DNA of 52,416 bases from a virus (Duplodnaviria > Caudoviricetes): positions 1-52,416 of the IMG/VR virus record IMGVR_UViG_3300032242_000872. One strand, 5' to 3'. The translations under genes and the position numbers were made by a program. Shown here one piece after another: positions 45,538-52,416 of the stretch. The notes below the pieces were generated by a model that saw only the letters and a list, made by a program, of their open reading frames with translations, had not been told where the DNA came from and did no database searches. Every line of letters starts with the position of its first letter. The stretch's first letter is position 1.

Positions 45538-45610
45538 CCAGAATTTTGGTCTATCAAACTGATCTGGCAGACGCATACACGATTGATAGACTTGATCTTT
45601 GTATGAAGGA
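45538..45610 (+). ncRNA. Candidate double-pseudoknot cis-regulatory RNA
   Basis: CCAGA/TCTGG, GTCTATCAA/TTGATAGAC and CATACA/TGTATG pairings interleave; the last arm abuts the AAGGA RBS. Confidence 0.45.
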
Positions 45611-45619
45611 CAATTTAAA

Positions 45620-46129
45620 ATGACTTTAGCTACTACCTCGTCTTTATGGCGTTCTACAGGTGGCGATTCAACTCGCACCGCTTATGCTGGCTCCATGGAT
45701 ATGGTTGCCCAGTTTTACATCGCTAACACATCAGCTACATCAAACGTAGTAGTTTCATCTGCTGCTAATGCGGCAGCATTGATTCTGCCAGCAAACGCTG
45801 TTGTATTGACTGTAAATATTACTAACCCATCTACAGGCGCTAATTCTACCTGTAACATAGGGTTTACCCCACTAATTAGCGTTGGCCCTGGTCAAAATAC
45901 AACTTTAGGCACTAACGTTCCTGCAGCTTTTGTAAATAATGCTAACTTAACAACTCGTCAAGTAATCAATATTGCTGGTACAGGCGCAGGCGCTTCATTA
46001 GGAAACGTAGCTAACGCAACTAACTTAATCGTTGTTACTTCTGCTATCGGTACTGCTGGTGCTGTTGGTGGTCCAGTTACTGGATCTATTCGTTACTACG
46101 TTGCGGACAACGGTCAGCAAAACGTTTAA
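45620..46129 (+). CDS. Virion structural protein (capsid decoration/fibre-like)
   Basis: AAGGA RBS supports ATG 45620; Ala/Asn/Thr-rich, LPANAVV. Confidence 0.6.
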   Translation: MTLATTSSLWRSTGGDSTRTAYAGSMDMVAQFYIANTSATSNVVVSSAANAAALILPANAVVLTVNITNPSTGANSTCNIGFTPLISVGPGQNTTLGTNVPAAFVNNANLTTRQVINIAGTGAGASLGNVANATNLIVVTSAIGTAGAVGGPVTGSIRYYVADNGQQNV

Positions 46130-46137
46130 TTAATCTA

Positions 46138-46153
46138 GGGGGATTCGTCCCCC
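46138..46153 (+). other. UUCG-loop intergenic hairpin
   Basis: GGGGGA-TTCG-TCCCCC with no U-tail. Confidence 0.6.
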
Positions 46154-46177
46154 ACTTAAATCTTTAGGAGATTAATT

Positions 46178-46468
46178 ATGACGATGCAATATGACGTAAA
46201 AGCAGCGAGTGCTAATGCTAGTGCACAGCTTGTTACTGGTCGTGCTCGCTTAAAAAGCGGAGTTTTTGTAGGCGGAGGAACGGCTGGGTATGTTAATTTT
46301 TATGATACTGCAGCTAACTCAGCCACTGGCTCTATTTTGTGGCAAACCAAAACAAATACTGGTGTACAACCGTTTCAAATTTTAATTCCTGGAGAAGGAA
46401 TTTTGGCACAAAATGGTATTTATGCAGAGTTTGCTAACGTGCTTTCAGTAACAATTACTTATGGCTAA
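46178..46468 (+). CDS. Small virion structural protein
   Basis: MQYDVKA...IPGEGIL..GIY...VTITYG. Confidence 0.6.
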   Translation: MTMQYDVKAASANASAQLVTGRARLKSGVFVGGGTAGYVNFYDTAANSATGSILWQTKTNTGVQPFQILIPGEGILAQNGIYAEFANVLSVTITYG

Positions 46469-46718
46469 GAAAAAAGGCCCCTCTCTTGCAGTTGGGCGTG
46501 GCGAAAAGCTCCCAGTGTCGAAAGGCGCTGGGCTTACAGCTAAAGGCCGTGCTAAATATAATGCAGCTACTGGCTCAAATCTAAAAGCTCCACAGCCTGA
46601 AGGTGGTCCACGCAAGAAATCGTTTTGCGCACGTATGTCTGGTATGCCTGGACCAATGAAAGATGAAAACGGCAAACCAACTCGTAAGGCGGCTTCACTA
46701 GCACGATGGAAATGTTAA
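46461..46718 (+). CDS. Small basic phage protein (DUF6321-like)
   Basis: GLTAKGRAKYN..GSNLKAP...RKKSFCARMSG...SLARWKC. Confidence 0.6.
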   Translation: MAKKKGPSLAVGRGEKLPVSKGAGLTAKGRAKYNAATGSNLKAPQPEGGPRKKSFCARMSGMPGPMKDENGKPTRKAASLARWKC

Positions 46719-46719
46719 A

Positions 46720-46980
46720 ATGATGGAGCTTCAAATTAACGACCCAGAAATTGTGACTGCTAGAGAATTAGCTACTCACGCTAATGACATTAAGCACTTA
46801 CAGGATGACATGGACAAATTGATAAAAGATATGGAAGAAGTTAAAAAATCCTTATCAGAAATTCAAAGATTACTGTCAGAAGCGCAGGCCAGTAAAAAAG
46901 TTTGGCATACCATTTTTACAGTTGGCGCTGGATTAGTTGGCGGTATCATTGTTTGGGCGCTAGATAGGGTCTGGAAATAA
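46720..46980 (+). CDS. Coiled-coil protein with C-terminal TM (XhlA/holin-like architecture)
   Basis: Heptads followed by IFTVGAGLVGGIIVWAL. Confidence 0.55.
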   Translation: MMELQINDPEIVTARELATHANDIKHLQDDMDKLIKDMEEVKKSLSEIQRLLSEAQASKKVWHTIFTVGAGLVGGIIVWALDRVWK

Positions 46981-46981
46981 A

Positions 46982-47698
46982 ATGCCATCTACATCTAAAA
47001 AACAGCATAACTTTATGGCAGCTATTGCTCATTCAAAAGAATTTGCAAAAAAAGCTGGTGTTCCTATGTCTGTAGGCAAAGACTTTATTAATGCTGATAA
47101 AGGTAAAAAGTTTCGCAAGGGTGGATCTACAAACCCTATGGAAGCTAAAATAGCGAATCCAAGAGTGCATCACGGGCAGATCCAGATGCCTAATGCAAGT
47201 CTATCAAAATATACTGGATTTAAGGAAGGTGGAACAATGAAACCAGTGGATAAAAAGAAAAACCCAGGATTGGCAAAATTACCTACAGCTGTCCGCAATA
47301 AAATGGGATACATGAAAAAAGGCGGTATGGCAGATGATGCTAAAGAAGACATGAAAATGGACAAAAAGCAAGATATTGCCATGATTAAAAAGGCGTTCAA
47401 AGAGCACGATGCTCAAGAACATAAGGGCGGTAAAGGTACTAAAATTTCTCTAGCAAAAGGCGGAATGATGAAAGAAACAATGGGGCCACGCACAATGGCT
47501 AAAGATGTAGAGGCTGGATCAAACAAACTAACTAAGTTTGGTGAATCCGCTGTTCAAAAACGTGGACATACTAAAGGCATGAACTTGGGTGATACAGGAA
47601 AAACTATGCCTATCCAAAAGATGGCTAAAGGTGGTTCTGCTTCTTCACGTGCTGATGGTGTTGCACAACGTGGAAAAACTAAAGGGAAGTATTGCTAA
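46982..47698 (+). CDS. Lys/Gly/Met-rich putative internal head protein
   Basis: MPSTSKKQHNFMAA; five hxxGG motifs; C-terminal RADG..GKTKG. Confidence 0.6.
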   Translation: MPSTSKKQHNFMAAIAHSKEFAKKAGVPMSVGKDFINADKGKKFRKGGSTNPMEAKIANPRVHHGQIQMPNASLSKYTGFKEGGTMKPVDKKKNPGLAKLPTAVRNKMGYMKKGGMADDAKEDMKMDKKQDIAMIKKAFKEHDAQEHKGGKGTKISLAKGGMMKETMGPRTMAKDVEAGSNKLTKFGESAVQKRGHTKGMNLGDTGKTMPIQKMAKGGSASSRADGVAQRGKTKGKYC

Positions 47699-47700
47699 TC

Positions 47701-48039
47701 ATGGCATTTACTGAGACTGGTAAAGAGAAAGAGAAGCGGGAAGCTTATTACAAGGCTAATAAGGAAAAAGGTATTCGTGCTGAAAAAGAGCGTGATTACA
47801 AAATGTTTGGCACAACTGAACAGAATATTCCTGCCGTTGACACAATGGGTAATGTTACCAATATGAAGAAAGGTGGAAAAGTTATGGAACACAAACACAA
47901 TATGGAGCACGTGAAACAGCACTCCGCTGGTCATATGCACGAGCAAGAGAAAGTAAAACAACACTCTGCTGGTCATAAAATGCATCACGATCATGTAAAA
48001 GCGATGTGTGGTGGCGGTATGGCTAAAGGCAAAAAGTAA
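47701..48039 (+). CDS. Basic, His-rich small protein
   Basis: MKKGG; VKQHSAGH twice; start probably MAFT at 47701. Confidence 0.55.
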   Translation: MAFTETGKEKEKREAYYKANKEKGIRAEKERDYKMFGTTEQNIPAVDTMGNVTNMKKGGKVMEHKHNMEHVKQHSAGHMHEQEKVKQHSAGHKMHHDHVKAMCGGGMAKGKK

Positions 48040-48317
48040 TGTCTGAAGAAAAGACCCCTGCCGAAAAAGCTGAAGAGGCTAGAGCAAAGCTCAGAGAATT
48101 TGTGGAAAGTGGACCTAAGTCTACTCCCAAAGCATATTCTGATACTGGCCCTCGTCCTGGTGTTAAACAAGGCGGATTTGGTGGTGGATCTGGCGGTGTA
48201 GAATTAAAAAGCATTTTGAATCCAAGAGCAATGAAAAAAGGCGGTAAAATTAGTTCAGCCTCTAAACGTGCTGATGGATGTTGCACTAAAGGTAAAACCA
48301 AAGGAAGAATGGTATGA
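48039..48317 (+). CDS. Small basic protein
   Basis: MKKGG followed by SSASKRADG..KGKTKG. Confidence 0.55.
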   Translation: MSEEKTPAEKAEEARAKLREFVESGPKSTPKAYSDTGPRPGVKQGGFGGGSGGVELKSILNPRAMKKGGKISSASKRADGCCTKGKTKGRMV

Positions 48318-48562
48318 GAGCTTCTCGTGGTATGGGAGATATTTCCCCGTCAAAAATGCCTAAAGGTAAGGTAAAACCACGTAGAGATAATACGGATTTT
48401 ACCCAATATGCTGAAGGTGGAAAAGTTGGCCTATACGAAAATATTCATAAAAAGCAAGCACGTATTGCAGCTGGCTCTGGTGAAAAGATGCGTAAGCCTG
48501 GATCTAAAGGTGCGCCTACTAAAGCGGACTTTATTAAATCTGCTAAAACGGCAAAAAAATAA
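48314..48562 (+). CDS. Small basic protein
   Basis: MRASRGMG; YAEGG; GLYENIH.K..RI.AGSGEKMRKPGSKGAPT. Confidence 0.6.
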   Translation: MRASRGMGDISPSKMPKGKVKPRRDNTDFTQYAEGGKVGLYENIHKKQARIAAGSGEKMRKPGSKGAPTKADFIKSAKTAKK

Positions 48563-48738
48563 TGTTTAAAAAACATATTGTAAAAGCCTTGAAATGGGCA
48601 TTAAGCAAGTTTGAAGATAAACCTGTAGAGGTATGGCCTTTCCCTGTAAAAGTAGAAAAGAAAAAACCACAGGTCAAAAAAGCTACTACTAGAACAGTTG
48701 CTAAAAAGGCAACTAAAGTTGTCAAAAAGGCTAAGTAA
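48562..48738 (+). CDS. 58-aa histone H1-like Lys/Ala/Thr-rich protein (not in ORF track)
   Basis: TAATG coupling at both ends; ...VWPFPVKVEKKKPQVKKATTRTVAKKATKVVKKAK. Confidence 0.6.
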   Translation: MFKKHIVKALKWALSKFEDKPVEVWPFPVKVEKKKPQVKKATTRTVAKKATKVVKKAK

Positions 48739-49661
48739 TGAGCACAACTGGAACCACAGCATTTAACTTAGATGTCAACGACCTCATAGAGGAGGCGTTT
48801 GAGCGCTGTGGAAGAGAGCTACGTACTGGATATGATTTTAGAACCGCTAGGCGCTCTTTAAACCTGCTTACAATCGAATGGGCTAACAAGGGTATTAACT
48901 TGTGGACAGTCGAGCAGGGAGTCATTCCTATGGTCACTGGGCAGGCTATGTATCCCTACCCAGCAGATACGATTGACCTAATGGATATGGTTATTCGCCA
49001 GAACAATGGTACATCTAACCAGATGGACATTAATATTAGCCGTATTGCAGAACCTACTTATATGTCTTTGCCTAATAAACTGGCACAAGGCCGTCCGATT
49101 CAGGTATATATCAATCGCCAATCAGGTCAAGAAAACCTAAGTGATGCTGTTTTATCGGGAAATGTTAGCTCTACAAGTACTACAATTACTGTTACAAATG
49201 CCTCTGGATTGACTTCTTCTGGATTTATCAAGATTGGTACAGAGACTATTAGCTATCCAAACGTCAATGGAAACCAGTTAATTAACTGCGCCCGTGGACA
49301 AAATGGCACTACAGCAGCTGCTCATACCTCTGGCGCAGCCATTACAGTGCAGAATTTACCTTGTATCAATGTATGGCCTACGCCAAATGCGCCTGGCAAT
49401 CAGTATTTATTTGTTTATTACAGGTTGCGTAGAATACAAGATGCAGGGACTGGTACATATGTACAGGACATTCCTTTCCGTTTTATACCTTGTATGGTTG
49501 CAGGATTGGCTTATCAATTAAGTACGAAGTTACCAGATGTGCAGCCAGATAGAATAATGATGCTCAAAATGGCGTATGACGAGTCTTTCCAATTAGCAGC
49601 TGACGAAGATAGAGATAAGTCTCCAGTTCGGTTTGTACCAAGGAATATGTTCTATGCCTAA
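48738..49661 (+). CDS. Head-tail adaptor-like protein with inserted beta-domain
   Basis: IEEAFERCG, ARRSLNL...EWAN.G.NLWT, VWPTP, VAGLAY. Confidence 0.65.
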   Translation: MSTTGTTAFNLDVNDLIEEAFERCGRELRTGYDFRTARRSLNLLTIEWANKGINLWTVEQGVIPMVTGQAMYPYPADTIDLMDMVIRQNNGTSNQMDINISRIAEPTYMSLPNKLAQGRPIQVYINRQSGQENLSDAVLSGNVSSTSTTITVTNASGLTSSGFIKIGTETISYPNVNGNQLINCARGQNGTTAAAHTSGAAITVQNLPCINVWPTPNAPGNQYLFVYYRLRRIQDAGTGTYVQDIPFRFIPCMVAGLAYQLSTKLPDVQPDRIMMLKMAYDESFQLAADEDRDKSPVRFVPRNMFYA

Positions 49662-50079
49662 TCAATTTGCATCTGGCAAACATTCCATTGCCGAATGTGA
49701 TCGATGTGCTCAGAGATATAAACTAAAGGAACTAAGAACACAGACAGTAAAGACAAAACCATTTAAAATCAAGGTTTGTCCTACTTGCTGGGATCCAGAT
49801 CATCCTCAATTACAGTTGGGTATGTACCCTGTAAATGATCCGCAAGCGGTTCGGGAACCAAGACCTGATGTCAGTTATTTGGCTTCTGGTACAAATGGTT
49901 TACAGATTAATTTGACTGGTATTGGTCCTTATGGTTTAGGCGGTCAAGATATGGGTAGTAGAGTATTCCAATGGGGTTGGAATCCAGTAGGCGGATCAAG
50001 ATTATTTGATAATGGTTTAACACCAAATGACTTGATAGGTATCACACAACTTGGTACAGTTACAGTTAATATTACTTAG
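49654..50079 (+). CDS. Conserved Cys-motif virion-module protein
   Basis: FASGK...ECDRC...VCPTCWDPDHPQL...DPQA..EPRPD; start MPNQ. Confidence 0.6.
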   Translation: MPNQFASGKHSIAECDRCAQRYKLKELRTQTVKTKPFKIKVCPTCWDPDHPQLQLGMYPVNDPQAVREPRPDVSYLASGTNGLQINLTGIGPYGLGGQDMGSRVFQWGWNPVGGSRLFDNGLTPNDLIGITQLGTVTVNIT

Positions 50080-50088
50080 GAGTAAATA

Positions 50089-50286
50089 ATGACATTTAGA
50101 AAAACAGCAGATGGTGTTACAGAATCAGGCAAAACCAAAGGTACAAACCTTGGTGATTCAGGTCCATCCATTGGGATTGAAAAAGGTCCTAAAAAGGGTC
50201 CACAGAAATTGGGTAACTCCATGAAAGCTGTAGGACGCAATATGGCTCGTGCTATGCTGCAGAAATCTTCAGGAAGAGGTCGTTAA
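50089..50286 (+). CDS. Small basic protein
   Basis: ADGVTESGKTKG; MKAVGRNMARA. Confidence 0.55.
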   Translation: MTFRKTADGVTESGKTKGTNLGDSGPSIGIEKGPKKGPQKLGNSMKAVGRNMARAMLQKSSGRGR

Positions 50287-50288
50287 TC

Positions 50289-50579
50289 ATGGCTAAATTT
50301 TCTATGAAAAAAGATGGTAAAGAGGTTGGTCCAGCATCAGTTTATGCCCAGCCACATACCATGAAAGGCACTGCTTTAAGTGCAAAAGAAGCTATGTTAG
50401 CTGTCAGCCATAAGCCAGACCCAACCCGTCAATTGGCAAGTGATTTCAAGCCAGGAAAACCAGCTGCTCGTGTTAGTTTAGGTGATCCAGATCGTGACGA
50501 TGTGAAGACTGATGGTATGAAACAGCGTGGATCTGGTGCAGCTACTAAGGGTTTCACTTCTAGAGGCCCAATGGCATAA
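50289..50579 (+). CDS. Small basic protein
   Basis: C-terminal RGSGAATKG..SRGPMA. Confidence 0.55.
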   Translation: MAKFSMKKDGKEVGPASVYAQPHTMKGTALSAKEAMLAVSHKPDPTRQLASDFKPGKPAARVSLGDPDRDDVKTDGMKQRGSGAATKGFTSRGPMA

Positions 50580-51271
50580 TGAACTACCAAGAACTTTTTT
50601 CGCAAATTCAGACGTATACGGAAAATATATTTCCTGATACGTATCTTGCTAATGGAAGTGCTGTTACTGCTACAACGCAGATCAATACTTTTATTCAGCA
50701 GGCAGAAGAGCGCATCTATAATACGGTGCAGATCCCTTCTTTGCGAAGAAACGTTACTGGTAATTTAACGGCTAATAATAAGTATCTGGCTTGCCCAAAT
50801 GATTACTTATCTACTTATTCCTTGGCTATTATTGATTCAGATGGCACATATGAGTATTTGCTTAATAAAGATGTTAACTTTATTCGACAAGCCTACCCAG
50901 ACCCTAATGCTACTGGATTACCCCGTTATTACGCTTTGTTTGGGTCTAGATTAAATGATCCTAATGAACTAGCCTTCATACTAGGCCCGACACCAGACGC
51001 TGTATATACAGCAGAATTGCATTATTTCTATTATCCAGAGTCTATTGTTACCCAGGGCACTTCATGGCTTGGTGATAACTACAGCCCTGCCCTTTTATAT
51101 GGCTCTTTAGTAGAGGCTTACACCTATATGAAAGGTGAAACAGATATGCTTTTAGCGTATAACACCAAGTATAATGAGTCATTACAACAGCTCAAACGTC
51201 TTGGTGATGGCCTTGAAAGAAATGATGCTTATAGGGCTGGTCAGACTAGTTTGCAATATAACAAGTTATAA
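50579..51271 (+). CDS. Adaptor/tail tubular protein A-like
   Basis: FIQQAEERI, G.PRYY, GPTPD..Y..ELHY, LLYGSLVEAY.YMKG. Confidence 0.7.
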   Translation: MNYQELFSQIQTYTENIFPDTYLANGSAVTATTQINTFIQQAEERIYNTVQIPSLRRNVTGNLTANNKYLACPNDYLSTYSLAIIDSDGTYEYLLNKDVNFIRQAYPDPNATGLPRYYALFGSRLNDPNELAFILGPTPDAVYTAELHYFYYPESIVTQGTSWLGDNYSPALLYGSLVEAYTYMKGETDMLLAYNTKYNESLQQLKRLGDGLERNDAYRAGQTSLQYNKL

Positions 51272-51309
51272 GAACGCAGTAAAATTAAACAAATTTTTAG
51301 GAGTATAAA

Positions 51310-51744
51310 ATGGCAATTACCCAAGGAATGGCAGATTCGTTTAAGGTTCAAATCCTTAGCGGTCAGCAAAACTTAGTTTCAGGCGCAAGCCCAGTATATA
51401 AACTTGCTTTGTATACAAGCTCTGCAACATTAAGCAACTCAACTGCTGCTTACACTACATTGAACGAAGTTTCTAGTTCAGGATCAAACTACACTGCTGG
51501 CGGTAATACGCTGTCAATTAGTACAAGCCCGACAAGTACAGGTAACGTAGCGTTTATGTCTTTTGCTAACAGCTCATGGACAAATGCAAATATTACTGCA
51601 AACGGTGCTTTGATCTATAACAGCACAGCAAATACCGCTGTTGCCGTGTTAGCTTTTGGTGGCGATAAAACTGCTACTAACGGTACTTTTACAGTGATCT
51701 TCCCAACCGCAGACTCTACTAACGCTATTATTCGTATAGCATAA
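51310..51744 (+). CDS. Virion structural (tail) protein
   Basis: MAITQ...SFK, KLALYTS, YTAGG, GALIYN, VL.FGGDKT. Confidence 0.65.
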   Translation: MAITQGMADSFKVQILSGQQNLVSGASPVYKLALYTSSATLSNSTAAYTTLNEVSSSGSNYTAGGNTLSISTSPTSTGNVAFMSFANSSWTNANITANGALIYNSTANTAVAVLAFGGDKTATNGTFTVIFPTADSTNAIIRIA

Positions 51745-51754
51745 GGAGCCTAAA

Positions 51755-52416
51755 ATGGCTTTTGCAATAGCGGATCGGGTTCAAGAGACTTCGACTACAC
51801 AAGGTACTGGCACTGTTGTATTGGCTGGAGCTGTAACAGGCTATCAGTCTTTTGCTGTTATCGGTAATACTAATACTACTTACTACACCATTGCGGATCA
51901 AGCGGGGGTTAACTGGGAAGTAGGTATTGGCACGTACTATTCTGGTAACGTATCTTTAGCCCGTACTACGGTTCTTGCATCTAGTAATGCAAACGCAGCC
52001 GTTAACTTTGGTGTTGGTACTAAAGCAGTCTTTGTTACTTATCCTGCTGAACGGGCTATTTATGCTGATTCAAGCAACTTAACAACAGTTACAAATTTTG
52101 CATCTGGTAACGTAAACATTACTGGCGGTACGATTTCTGGTGCTAACTTTACTGGCTTAGGCACTATGTCTACCCAGAATGCCAATAGCGTTACGATTAC
52201 TGGTGGTTCTTTAAACAACGTCATTATTGGTAACTCAACACCAAACTTAGCAACGTTTACTAATGTAACTGCTGCATACCATATTGCAACGGCTAACATT
52301 ACTGGAAACTCTTCAACTGGTGCTATTTCCTACAGCAACTTAAGTTATTCAGACGTTAATATTTTTGCATCATATACAGCCAACGCTAATAACTACGTAC
52401 AAAAGATTATTCAAAA
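51755..52416 (+). CDS. Tail fibre protein, N-terminal part; runs off the window
   Basis: AAGGAG RBS; MAFAIADRVQETSTTQGTGTVVLAGAVTGYQSF...WEVGIGTY...VFVTYPA; GTMSTQNANSVTITGG. Confidence 0.75.
   Translation, partial: MAFAIADRVQETSTTQGTGTVVLAGAVTGYQSFAVIGNTNTTYYTIADQAGVNWEVGIGTYYSGNVSLARTTVLASSNANAAVNFGVGTKAVFVTYPAERAIYADSSNLTTVTNFASGNVNITGGTISGANFTGLGTMSTQNANSVTITGGSLNNVIIGNSTPNLATFTNVTAAYHIATANITGNSSTGAISYSNLSYSDVNIFASYTANANNYVQKIIQ

Noticed and set aside
45555-45575. CTGA...GAC segment as a hammerhead ribozyme core
   Set aside because: No CUGAnGA or correctly placed GAAA; left as an unassigned pseudoknot
1-52416. tRNA genes, introns/inteins, reverse transcriptase/DGR, recoded stop codons
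   Set aside because: None recognised by eye. TerL, helicase and portal are uninterrupted, and all three stop codons are used normally. tRNAscan and cmscan were not run

Overview
This window is most of the genome of a dsDNA tailed phage with podovirus-like organisation: it has ejection/internal proteins and no tape measure, sheath or tube genes. It is circularly permuted, opening in the 3' end of a GH108-type endolysin and ending inside a tail-fibre gene. Order: tail hub and internal/ejection proteins, including a 2625-aa polyvalent protein with a GHKL ATPase and a zincin motif (0.2-15.1 kb); RusA; a recombination and middle operon with exonuclease, ERF, SSB-like protein and a glycan-modification cluster of GT10, methyltransferase, radical SAM, GT2 and GT-A (15.6-26 kb); SprT-like protease and metallophosphoesterase on the minus strand; a non-coding control region (27.5-28.1 kb); ParB-HTH, SF2 helicase and TOPRIM primase; a minus-strand early cluster of small genes (32-36.3 kb); then terminase, portal, GroES, scaffold, capsid, small basic proteins and adaptors (36.6-52.4 kb). 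I saw no integrase, DNA polymerase, tRNA or CRISPR array. Gene content resembles freshwater proteobacterial phages, but this is an inference only. The strongest unexplained signals are non-coding. (1) A ~120-nt promoter-to-terminator sRNA candidate has an unpaired seed, CUCCUAGCAG, that is the exact complement of a 10-mer RBS shared by four early/middle genes. (2) A 14-bp palindrome GTAACAGSTGTTAC occurs four times, about 9-10 kb apart, in a phage with an orphan ParB-HTH. (3) There is a ~280-nt multi-hairpin leader RNA. (4) There is a double-pseudoknot leader after the capsid gene. Virion proteins also share a recurrent hydrophobic-x-x-GG motif. All calls come from reading motifs by eye; no searches were run.
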